Assembly: GCF_006345805.1 (NCBI RefSeq)
Contig: NC_043002.1
Span: 117,676,001-117,740,000, forward strand
From: Octopus sinensis
Lineage: Eukaryota
DNA: 64,000 bases
Reading direction: 5' to 3'
Shown here: piece by piece, positions 10,471 through 21,972 of the stretch
Position numbering within the stretch: the first letter of the stretch is position 1
Layout of the letters: the number at the start of each line of letters is the position of its first letter
Program-made: the position numbers and the translations under genes
Notes under the pieces: model-generated
Databases searched by the model: none
What the model was told of the DNA's origin: nothing
The model's input: only the letters and a program-made list of their open reading frames with translations

Positions 10471-13400
10471 AGAACAAAAACATTATTATAACTGAAACAT
10501 CATCATCATCATCATCGTTTAGCGTCCGCTTTCCATGCTAGCATGGGTTGGACGGGTCAACTGGGGTCTGTGAAGCTGGAAGGCTTCGTCAGGCCCAGTC
10601 AGATCTGGCAGTGGTTCCACGGCTGGATGCCCTTGACAAAAAGTATTTACTTATATGTGTTTATGTCTTTACTCATCACAATCATTTATATTTGCTTTCT
10701 ATACTGACACGGGCCAGATGCATTGTTATAGTATGAGTTGGTTCTTATTCAAAGTTATTGTCCTTCTGGGGGGATCAGAGAACCAGGGCTTGCTTGTACT
10801 GGATGCATTTTATTGCAGTGCTACCACTAGCCTTGTTCCTTGCAAGAATCTGTTCTACTCTACATTGTTTCTATTCTTTCAAGGAAATTCAGCTTGAAGA
10901 GAAGAGAAAGTATGAGTGTAATGAGGGAAACAGAGTTGCAGGAGCAAGCGTATGGTAGGAGAGGAAGTAACAGAAGGGAGACAGTCATAGCTACGTGTTA
11001 GTTGTTGGTATGGAGAATAAGGCACATGAATAACATGAAGGGATAGTTTTTCAGGAAACAGAGTGGCTGGAGCATGTGTATGGTAAAGGAAGAAGTAATT
11101 GAAGGGTGACAGTAATAGCTACATGTTGTTGATATAGAGAATGAATAGGATAAGGTGCATAAGTGACATGGAAGGATAGTAGTACAGATGGGTGATGCTA
11201 AATGAGAATAGAGTGACATGGAGGAGAAAAATGGTTAACAGTAAAGAAGGGTGATGGTAGGGGTTATTGAAAATGAACAGATTTTCTGTTGCTCTTTGGT
11301 TATATAGACATTGAGGGAAGAGGGATGGAGTGACAAAAGATGATGGTAGAAACATTGAAAAGTAAAAAAATAGTGTAATAAACTATGACTTATGTCTTAC
11401 CATCAAAACAACCTTCTAACTTACCACCACTTTACTCCTTTAGAGTTAATTTAGTGTTTAATTCACCCCAACCCCATGAAACAACACTGGCCAAATTAAA
11501 GGATCTAAGGATAATCTTCTATCTTATATCCATGCTGGTATGCGTAGGATGGTTTGACAAAATTCAACTGGTTGGAGGATTACGTCTTCCTCTGATGTCT
11601 CATTTTTGCTATGGTTTCTAAGGTTCCAGGCCCCTTCTAACACCAGCCATTTTGCAGAGTGCACTAAGTGTATTTTTTGTGGAACCAGTGCTATAGAGTT
11701 TGCCATGCTACCATAAGGACTTAAGAACCCTCTCTTACCTTGCATTGTTGTTTGGATTGATTATAAAACAGAACGCTTTTTGTGGCACTAGCACTGTTGT
11801 GGGGTGGTCTTGTTATTTGCAAAGCCAAAGAGTGTATCCCATGATGAAAGGAATATATTTATTGTGAAAGGATGGTAATAAATAAGGTAACAGAGGGGAA
11901 CAGTGTTGAGGTGGGAGCAGAGGAGACAGGGAAGTAATCTTACTTTTTAATGTGAAACAGAGGGTAGTTTTCAGCTGTTGAATTTCAGTTCTGTCCCCTG
12001 TGTCATTAGATTCTTTCATACCCATTTATTACAACAAACAGACTTTTTTTCCTAGTATTACTTTTAATTTTGTGTATCTTTATGTATTTTAAAAATATCT
12101 GTATCTTATATTTATTTACATGGTCTATACTGGTACTTTATATTCTACTCACGCTTATTTCTCACAGAACAGCGTTAGATAATGTAAATTATTTTTATTC
12201 ATAACTTCACCGTTCTTACGTCATATAATTTTAATATTAAAAATTTCTCCCTTTGAATAATACTTTTTATACTATCTTTTACCTTTTATTTGTTAATTTT
12301 TCTCCATTTTCTATGTTATTTAAATCACCCTTAGTACTTGTAGTATGAGGAAGTGTTATAAGATGAACAAAATGCAATTCCCCTACTCAGTGCCAACTGG
12401 ATTAAATCCAAGATGTGCCCTACCCGTTTAACCTATCGCTAGAACTTAGGGCAAATTCCCTTTCTACCTCACATGTCTACACGTATCTATCTGCTCCCAC
12501 TACCTGAGGCCAAAATGGCCTACGCTGGTCCTACTTCTGCCCACTTGACCTCATTCACCCTTCCTCTTCCAGTAAGGCCCCTCAGCCATTACATCACTGA
12601 CCCTTTCCTCCCAGTTCACCTCATCTCCCCGGTACACTAACTTGCTTTGTTTGTAATCAATGATTTCTGCTAGAAAATCAGCTGCAGTGTGAATTGGTGA
12701 TTATGTCCTTGACTAGACTAAAGGGTCCATTTAACCACATATCTCCATTTTGGTTGTCACTCACTTCATAGAGTATCCTGGGTAAATATAGTGGTACCAA
12801 CACAAGTGGAGTTGCTTTGTACACCACGTGTTGGTGCCTTGTAAGATATACTTGTATACGTACTAGTAGCTCCAGTTCTCTATAGCTACTGAATTTGTGA
12901 GTATATAAACACATTGGTTGTTTATTTCTCTGGGGTTGATCAGAATGATTTAGACACATCTGAAGAGAACTCAATAAGGTCTGAAAAGGGATTAAGACTG
13001 TTCGTCATTTTTTCAATCTATGGGGAAATAGTTAAATTTGTTCTGTTTATATGTATGTCTATTGTGTAAGTTACATATATTATATCATGTATTGATAATA
13101 TATGCACTGAAATTCCCCATGTGGCATCATGTAAAAGTGCTCATGCAGTGCCACATGAAAGCACCTGTGCAGTGTGATGTAAAAGTACTCATGCAATCTC
13201 ATGCAAAAGCGCCTATGTGGTGTCATGTAAACGCACCCTTGCAGCATCATGTAAGAGCACCTGTGTGGCGCCACATAAAAGCACCCAGGTGGTGCCATGT
13301 AAAAGCACTCGTGTGGTTCCACATAAAAACGTCCTTGTCGTACCATGTAAAAGCACTGATGCAGTGCCACTTAAAAGCACCCACCACACCCTGTAAAGTG

Positions 13401-13964
13401 GTTGAAAAGGGATTAAGACTGTTGTCATTTTTTTCAATGGTGCATCCAGTTGTAGAAACCATTCCAAATCAGACTGGAGTTTGGTGCCACTCTCTAGCTT
13501 GCCAGTTCTGGTCAAGCCATCCAACACATGCTAGCATGAACAACGGATGCTAAATGATGATGATCATCATCATCATCATGATATCCCTGTTGACAGGCTA
13601 CTAATATTAAATAAACAGTTACATTTATGATATGCAAATTAGTAGCCTCAGTTCTCTGTAGTTATTTGATTTGTTGAGTATATAAACAAATTGGCTGTAT
13701 ATTTCTTTTGGACTGGTCAGAATGATGGAGACACCACTGAGTACCCAGTAAGTTTCATAAATCAATTAAGGCTGTTCATCATATTTCAGGCTACAGACAA
13801 ATAGTTAGATATGCCCTGTTTATATATATCCACTGCATAGGTCACATATACACACATATATGTGTGTCTATGTATTTATATGTGTGTGTGTATATATATA
13901 TATATATAAGATGTGTGTGTGTGTGTATGTAAGATGTATATATACATATATATCTTATATATAT

Positions 13965-14830
13965 ACATAATAAAACGGAAGATGTGTGTACAGGCCTTTT
14001 TCTTGATCTCCCTTAAAATCAATATTTTTCATCTGATTTCGTTCACACTGGGAACATACATCACTTTGTTCCAGAAATAGTCATAGACTTCAAATTTTCC
14101 ACATAATGAGTAATGCTGTTCCTAGGGGACGGAAACACTTTCTCATAGGTAAATAACAAATACCAACGGTCGTTGCTTCAAGGGACATTACTCTTATGAT
14201 GTAGTTATGTTACTTTCACTTTGTCTTCTACTTTTATAATACCCATTCACTGCAAACTGCCGATATTTGCACATTAGCACTTCCTTGAGGTAGCCATACA
14301 ATTTAAATCAACTTTTAATCATTTTTTAAATGCTTTCAGAAATTAATCCATATTAAATATATTCCCTGCTTTTACTCATACAAAGTTGAGACAGTTATCC
14401 AGTTTTTGCAAGCTGCCAATATTTGCACGTTAGCACAGGGCTGTTTTTGCACCTACAAATGCAGCTGTCATCACTCCTAACTATGACTTACTCAGCAAGC
14501 TACCTTATCAAGAACATTGTTGCGGATCAGTTGACACCATTACCGACCTTGGTCAGGCTACACACTTTCCAACAATTTCTCAACTCCCAACATCATCCTG
14601 GACTCCCTTTCCATGAACTTCACTTAAAAGTTGGTTGCTTTGTCATCTTCCTATGCATACTAAATGCATCCACACTATGCAATGGAACTCGCCTTCTGGT
14701 CAAACAAATGATGGACCACATCATTGAAGCCCAAATTATCACAAGACACAGCAAAAACAATACTATTTTTATTCCGAAAATTCTGCTAACCCCAACAGAC
14801 TGCCCCTACCGTATTTTCAAAAGGGCCACA
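13965..14830 (+). mobile_element. Internally deleted Helitron remnant with PIF1 helicase fragment
   Basis: 5' TCttatatatatacataataaaacggaag start; ORF 14423-14839 contains PGLPFHELHLKVG...LCNGTRLLVKQMMDHIIEAQII, homologous to the helicase at 40400-40600. Confidence 0.65.
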
Positions 14831-14904
14831 ATAGCCTAGGATAGCTTTCTACCTGGCCAACTCCTGTCAACCGTCTTACATATGCATGTATGGAAGACAG
14901 ACAT

Positions 14905-15850
14905 TAAATGATGATGCTATATTTCTGGTAAGGCAGCTGCACGAGAAATATCTAGCCAAAGATAAACCTCTGTACTTAGCTTTTGTTGACTTGGAGAAAG
15001 CCTTTGACAGGGTCCCCTGATCCCTAATCTGGTGGTCAATGTAGAAACTGGGGAGAGATGAGTGGTTGGTGAGAGCTGTACAAGCCCTGTACGGGAATGC
15101 TGTCAATAAGGTGAGGGTTGGCAACAAGTATAGTGAAGAATTCCGGGTAGAAATAGGGGTTCATTAAGGATCAGTCCTCAGCCCCCTCTTATTCATTATA
15201 GTCCTCCAGTCAATAACAGAGGAATTCAAGACAGGCTGCTTCTGGCAGTTCTTCTATGCTGATGACTTTGCTCTAATAGCTGAATCATTGCCAGAACTAG
15301 AGACAAAGTTTAGGGTGTGGAAGCAAGATCTAGAATAGGAAGGCTGTCAAATCACAAACCCCTTCAGGTAGGTGGCCCTGCTCGATCGGTAGAAACTCCA
15401 TACAATGTACCCAGTGTAAGCTATGGACACATAAAAGATGCAGCAGTATCAAAAGGAAGGTCAACCAGGAAGATAGTTTTTGTGTGTGGCAGATGCACAG
15501 GGGCAATAAACACTGAAGATGTACAGAAAACAGATTTCAGAGGAAAAAACTAGAAGTTAATAGCTTCTGCTACCTAAGTGACCAAGTCTGTAGTGGGGGT
15601 GGTTGCTCTGAGAGTCTAGTGGCAAAGTTCAGGGAGCTCCTACCTTTGCTGGCAACTAAGGGCCGCTTGCTCAGGATGAAAGGAAGACTGTATGATGCAT
15701 GTGAGCATACTGCCATGCTACATGGCAGTGAAACATGGGTCATGACTGCTGAGGACATGCATAGGCTTGAAAGAAATGAAACTAGTAGTGTAAGCGCACT
15801 GAGAGAAAAGCCAGGCATAAGAAGCCTCAAATGTGGTGTGCAAGAGAGGA
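14905..15850 (+). mobile_element. RTE-type LINE reverse transcriptase fragment
   Basis: DAIFLVRQL..YLAFVDLEKAFDRVP, GSVLSPLLF, YADD, then KFRELLPLL..GRLYDAC..LHGSETW; stops and frameshifts; same family as 8225-9780. Confidence 0.85.
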
Positions 15851-17301
15851 TAATCTCTTAATAAGGGATCTTAACAAGAAATTATCGGGTAGCTAGCGTG
15901 AAAACCTCATAAAAGAAAAGAATTCGAAAATAATTTTTTTTTTCTTTTGAACAAATTAATTATATCTATATTGTATAGAGGGCATTAATACACATAAATG
16001 CCTCACACTAAGAGGGACAAAGTCATTACTACCAAAATGGAAATTGCAGATGTGTTACCAGTGCCGGTGGCATGTAAGAGAACCTTCCGTTTCGCGACCG
16101 TTGCCTGTGCCGCCCCGACTGGCCTCGTGCCGGTGGCACGTAAAAAGCACCATCCGTTCGTGTCCGTTGCCAGCATCGCCTGGCCCTCGTGCCGGTGGCA
16201 CATAAAGAGCACCATCCGTTCGTGGCCGTTTGCCGGCTCTGTCTGGCACCTGTGCGGGTGGCATGTAAAAAGCACCCACTACACTCACGGAGTGGTTGGC
16301 GTTAGGAAGGGCATCCAGCTGTAGAAACACTGCCAGATTTGACTGGGCCTGATGAAGCCTTCTGGCTTCACAGACCCCAGTAAAATTCTCCAACCCATGC
16401 TAGCATGGAGAACGGACGCTAAACGATGATGATGATGATGATGATATATACATATATATATATCATCATCATCATCATCATTGTTTAATGTCCGCTTTCC
16501 ATGCTAGCATACAACAAATCTATGAAGAGATTTTATCTCAGATAATTCCACAGCATCATGCCTTCTAATGGTGTGTATATATTTTTGCATGATACACATC
16601 AGCGATTTTTATGTATTTATATATATATTCATGCATGTGTGTGCATTTGGTTTGAAAAGTTTGCTTCCCAACCACATTGTTTCAGGTTCAAGTCTGACTG
16701 TGTGGCACCTTAAGCAAGTGTCTTGTACTATGGCTCCAGGTTGACCAAAGCCTTGTGAGTGGATTTAGATACAAACTGAAAGAAGTTTGTCATATATACA
16801 AGGCAAGGTGAATAAGCTGTCGTCAAAATTACCCAAAAATGAAAATGACACTAACATCTCATTTCAACAGCTATATTTACCAAAATATGGACATAAAAAC
16901 ATTGATGATGATGATGATGATGATGATAATGATCTAGCTATCAAACTTAGATACATATCTATGCGCGCACACACACACACACACACATAATGATAAATAA
17001 TATACATAATGTGTGTGTGTGTGTGTGAGAGACCATTCTGTAAAGTGGGTGGCATTAGGAAGGGCATTCAACTGTAAAATCCATGCTGAAACAGACCTTG
17101 CTGGTTTCACATAAAAAGCACTCAATCCACTTTGTAAGGTGACTGGCATTAGGAAGGACATCTAGCCATTAAAACCATGCCAAAACAAACAGTGAAGCCT
17201 GGTGCAGTTTTTTGGTTTGCCAGCTCCTGTCAAACAGTCCAACTCTTGCCTGCATGGAAAACAGTCATTAAATGATGATGATGGTGATATATATATATAT
17301 A

Positions 17302-17632
17302 TTGGATAGGAGCACTCTGTCGGTTACGACGACGAGGGACCCAGCTGATACGATCAACAGAACAGCCTGCTCGTGAAATTAACGTGCAAGTGGCTGAGCA
17401 ATCCACAGATGTGTGTACCCTTAATGTAGTTCTTGGAGTAAATTCTGCGTGACACAGAGTGTGACAAGGCTGGCCCTTTTGAGATACAGTTGCTACTCAT
17501 TTTCACCAGCTGAGTGGACTGGAGCAACATGAAATAAAGTGTCTTGCTCAAGGACTCAACACGTCGCTGGGAATTGAACTCACGACCTTACGATCATGAG
17601 CCGAATGCCCTAACCACTAAGCCACGTGCCTA
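17302..17632 (-). mobile_element. tRNA-derived SINE, third family (plus-strand copy ~53030-53350)
   Basis: Head ggcacgtggcttagtggttagggcattcggctc...gagttcaattccc; body shared with the 53030-53350 copy. Confidence 0.8.
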
Positions 17633-18421
17633 CATATATATATATAGGCAATAAAACATATCAAAAAAGAAGCACACTCTAAAGAATAGAGCAGTAATTA
17701 TTATTCAGTTTCTGTTGACCTAATCCACTTACTTTAATCAGGCACTGTTCTCGCATTGTGATGGAATTGATGCTTTTCGTTTATGTCCTGTAACTTAACA
17801 GTTTGACAAATACAAATCAATATAAGTATCAGGCTTAACAATAAAAACCAGGCATGACACAAGTAACTAAACTCGTCAAGGTTGCATATGTTGCCTAACT
17901 AGCAGAATCATAGAAGTAAATGAGGGGGTACTCTGCTAGCTACTCATCAGGCCAAAGATACCTGAGTTAAATGAAGATTACATTGTTGTCAAGGAATCCT
18001 ATAAATAATAATTTTAAGCTTTGAAGCTTTTACTGTGTATTGGCTAAAGAAAATAGTCTAATATTAGGGCATATAAGCCCTTGATGGAAAAAAACAAACT
18101 AATAACCACTTTTTTCCACCAAGGGCTTATATACTCCTATATTAGACTTATTTTTTTTTTTAGCCAATACATGGTAAATGCTTATAAACTTAAAGCTTAT
18201 TATTATTTACAGAATTTTCACTTGTCACCATTTTTTCATTTAACACAGAGTATGTATGTATGTATGTATGTATGTATGTATGTATGTATGCATGGTGTGG
18301 TGAATAAACTGTTGTTTAAATTACGTATAATGAAAATAACATTCAGTTCTATATTTAAGAGATGAGGAATTATTTACATTATTTAAATTTACGGATATTT
18401 GTCCTTATTTTGTTTGTTGTT

Positions 18422-18467
18422 AACACAACGTTTCGGCTGATATACTCTCCAGCCTTCATCAGGTGTC
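18422..18467 (-). ncRNA. Minimal type I hammerhead ribozyme motif (Penelope-type), left arm
   Basis: Minus strand gacac-CUGAUGA-a-ggcug(gagaguauau)cagcc-GAAA-cgu-U^guguu: intact core, 5-bp stem II, 5-bp stem I, palindromic ACGU stem III; predicted cut between 18427 and 18426. Confidence 0.75.
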
Positions 18468-18756
18468 TTGGGGAAATTTCAAACCTGGATTCACATTCTT
18501 AAGGTATTTTTTGGCGGCGGTGGTGGTGGTGGTGGTGCTGTTGTTGTTGTTCAGGTCACTGGCTGGAATTGAACTTGGAATCTTGGAGTTAGTAGCCCAT
18601 GCTCTTAACCACTATGCCCATGGGCATATGGTGTAGTGGTTAAGAGCGCAGACTACTAACTCCTAGATTCTGAGTTTGATTCTGGGCAGTGACCCGAATA
18701 ATAATAACTTCGAAAAATATCTTAGGAATGAGAACCCATGTTCAAAATTTCTCCTA

Positions 18757-18802
18757 AACACCTGATGAAGGCTGGAGGGTATATCAGCTGAAACGTTGTA
18801 TT
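18757..18802 (+). ncRNA. Minimal type I hammerhead ribozyme motif (Penelope-type), right arm
   Basis: aacac-CUGAUGA-a-ggcug(gaggguauau)cagcu-GAAA-cgu-U^guauu: intact core, stem II with a G.U closing pair, stem I with one mismatch; predicted cut after 18797. Confidence 0.7.
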
Positions 18803-18936
18803 AACAACAAACAAGATGAGGACAAATATCTGTCAAATGTAAATAATGTACATAATGAAAATAAGACAACATCTGATTTTAACAGATATATTTATCAAAA
18901 TTGCATAAAAATATCTTGAAATACTAAAGAGTAAAT

Positions 18937-19375
18937 TTATTCAATAAAATTGCCATTGGCTCCAACCATGGCCTCCAGATGACTTTGGAAGCTGCATCTC
19001 TTCTGGGCAGTCTCCTTGTTTAAGTTGGTGAATGCTGCTATAATCCTTGCCTTCATTTCATCTTTGGTGTTACAAGAAGTTCTGTTGGCCTCTTGTTCAA
19101 CTGTGCCCCACACATAATAATCAAGGGGGTTGCAGTCTAGGGAGTTAGGTAGCCAGATGTTAGGGGTGATGTCGCAGAAATTGTCTGACAGCCATGACTG
19201 AGTTCTCCTGCTTGTATTGCATAGTGCAGAGTCCTGTTGCCAGACATGGCATCTTGCAGCAGCCACCCTCTTGACCCAGGGTAGCACTACCTCCTCCAGG
19301 CACTTGATGGCGGCCTTTGTGTTGAGTCTGAGGCTGAATGGGAAGATGATTTGAGGCATAATGTTGCCATCTCTA
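18937..19375 (-). mobile_element. Tc1/mariner-superfamily (maT-like) transposase C-terminal remnant
   Basis: ORF 18937-19359: WQQDSALCNTSRRTQSWL...IWLPNSLDCNPLDYYVWG; 36 residues between the second and third acidic residues. Confidence 0.75.
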
Positions 19376-20645
19376 GCGTTGCACTAGTGTCCTTGTGTAC
19401 TTTTGTAAGATGTGTGAGATAGTCAAGAAGATAGAGATAAGTGGAGAGACAAAGAGAGGATAGGTTACTAGAAGGATAAGGCAAGAATATGAGAGAGAAG
19501 AGAAAAGAGTTATAAGATATTAATGCCACCTGAGAATGAGAGCTTTGCTGTGGTGTCCCTGCATAGTTTAGTTGTCAAGTGAGCCAAGAGGAAATTTATA
19601 GTGGACGAAGGAGAGTAAGCACTGCTACTAAGTGTTTGTGATCCTCTTTGTCTGTCTAAATTGTTTTAAAGAGTAATTTGTAAATATGTTGAAAGTAAGT
19701 ATACATGAAAGCGGGAACAGCAAGTTTATTGTCTGTTGATCATGTCCCATAAAATTAAAGATAATTTCTATAAATAAAATTGCTTGGAAATACAATCACA
19801 TATCAACATAAATGAATTAATGAAGTCATAATATCCTACCTTAAAATGGTGAAATAACTACTTCTAGCCTTCTATATTGTTTATTGCTCTTGTTTCTCTC
19901 TCTATCTCTATCTCTCTCTCTCTCTAATGCCACTCAGCTTTTGTAACCTTCTCAGTCAGTATCATTATAAATATTAATATATAAATAATAAATTCCAAAT
20001 GCAAATTCAGGAATGCTAGAGCTCCCATGTATACCTTAGTTTTTAGAATATGTACACTGTATCCCTGCATATCCTAAGTTGTAACTAAAAGCAGTGGCAC
20101 CAAAAGAGGCATTTAATTGTAAAATATTACCTGAGAACATCTTGTCCAATCCATTCCAGCACAGAAAAGCAGGTGATGATATATCTCTTCAACAATTGAC
20201 AAAACATAATGTTGGTGAAGATTTGCTCACCTATGTAAGCATAGTAAAGCAAACATTAAAATGGTGATAGTGATGAAGATGGTCTTGTCCATAATATTCT
20301 TAAGTCTCCATCTATAGTCTCCCTCTTTGAAACCTCATCAGATACTAAGTGGCTCTTGTAACAGAAGATTGCTTCTGATCTGGTTATACTTGATACACCT
20401 ACGATTATCCTTTTGTCCTGCTAGCTGTCACTTAATATCACTCCTCATTGACATCACATATACAATTTTGATGACAAAAACTATCAAATACATCAACATT
20501 ATACTTCATAGCTTCACAAAATTATGTAACCTTTAATTTTCAGCTAATTACTTATTTAAAAGTTTCTTAGAATTACTTAACAAGTGCTTACATTTCTTTT
20601 GGTTTAAATGAATTTTTTGGTGACTGCTTTTTTTTCCTATTTCAG

Positions 20646-20961
20646 GAAGCAATTTACGCCAATACCAAACATTACAGCAACTCTCCCACCTTGGCAGTTA
20701 TCAGAAGAAAGTAGCAATTCAAATAATAATAGCCATGTAGAGCTGTCGGTTGGAAAATCCTCTCAGTCTTGTATAAATACTGCAGCAGACAAAATTAAAA
20801 GTGATATAAAAGAACGGATGAATCCAGTTGCAGCATCTGGGCAATCAAGTGCAGATTCTTCAGATATTAGTCCAGTGAATAGTGAAGACCTAGCACCAGA
20901 TATTGAAGACATAAGTAATGTGAATGAAAGCAATAACCAAGATTCTGCTCAGTCTACATAA
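20646..20961 (+). CDS. PEX14: PEX14 terminal coding exon
   Basis: Acceptor ttttttcctatttcag; phase 2 completes AG|G = R; RKQFTPIPNITATLPPWQL matches PEX14 RRQFP...IPxWQ, followed by a Ser/Asp-rich tail and TAA at 20959-20961; the three exons total 585 nt in frame; aataaa signals follow (~21002, ~21445). Confidence 0.92.
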
Positions 20962-21972
20962 ACGATACAAAAAGGAAAAGGAAGGTGTTTGGTAGGTTTT
21001 GAATAAAAAACAAAAAAAGAAAAGAATGGAGAGCAGGGAATCATTGAAAATATTTTCTTAAATCTGTTTGTTTGAGATTTTTGTATAACGTTTACTGGTA
21101 ACCAGAGATGTGAGATCACTATGAACAAGGATAAGGTTTAACCACTTTCAGTGCCGTACGGGTCTGATGAATAGTCAGTGGAGCAGCTGTGTAATTAACA
21201 ATAACTATTCAGCAGTTTCTTGATAAACATAATAGTAAATAATATTTTATTTGACTGTAATTGAATATGGAAACCTGCTGGTCATTTGCTTGCAGAACTG
21301 AAAGGATAAAATTATGATTTAATTTACTACCTTTTGCTTTGAAGCTTAAACACGTTGGTTCATTTGATGAACAGAAACAACGTTAACACATCTAAATTGC
21401 AAGAACACTGCTTGAAGCATGAAAAAGTTTTCATAATATATTATGAATAAATTTTGATGATCACATACAAGCACCTGTTTTTATTTTATGCTGTTATGGG
21501 CAAATTTTGTTAATGATAAATGAGGAAATGGTTGCATTCAACCATAAAATACTTCCTCAGTTCTAATTTAAAAGCATATCAACCAAACATTTGCTATACT
21601 CTAATGCAAATACTTAATTCGTCAGACTTCACTGGTTCACTGGTTCTTTCTTTCAGGTTCCATACCACTTCTTCTGGAAGCCTTTCACTGCCTACTGCTG
21701 GAAGAATTGAACTCAGCACTGTAAACCAACTAATCCATCATCAGTGTTGCAGTTGTAGAGTTAATGTTTACAGTAGTATATTATCCCACTTGTAGTACTT
21801 ACTTAAGTGAAAGTGGACACAATTCTCTACAGATGATAGATAAAAGTCAAATTTCAAAACTGCTTTATTCACTACCATATTGATGGGACCTGTCTTTACT
21901 CTCCGAATGGAAAATGCATTGTGTGAAAGCATTAAAGTATTAAGCATGTATATACTCAGAAGAAATGAAATA

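Larger units (their letters stand above)
18340..18851. mobile_element. Palindromic non-autonomous element: two divergent tRNA-like heads, each followed by a Penelope-like segment with a hammerhead motif
   Basis: Imperfect palindrome centred at 18620/18621 (atgccca|tgggcat); A/B-box-like motifs on both strands; 13-bp direct repeat ataatgaaaataa at 18327-18339 and 18852-18864 (TSD). Confidence 0.8.

Noticed and set aside
16350-16380. ctgatga motifs here and at ~1147, 17945(-), 21165, 63138 as further hammerheads
   Set aside because: No stem II followed by GAAA and no stem I pairing
18654-18660. Perfect TACTAAC branch-point consensus in the PEX14 intron
   Set aside because: Part of the tRNA-like head; no polypyrimidine tract and AG downstream
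18540-18700. Genuine tRNA genes (also SINE heads at 5034, 25166, 53030)
   Set aside because: A/B boxes are present but there is no complete cloverleaf or acceptor stem, and each is embedded in a repeat body
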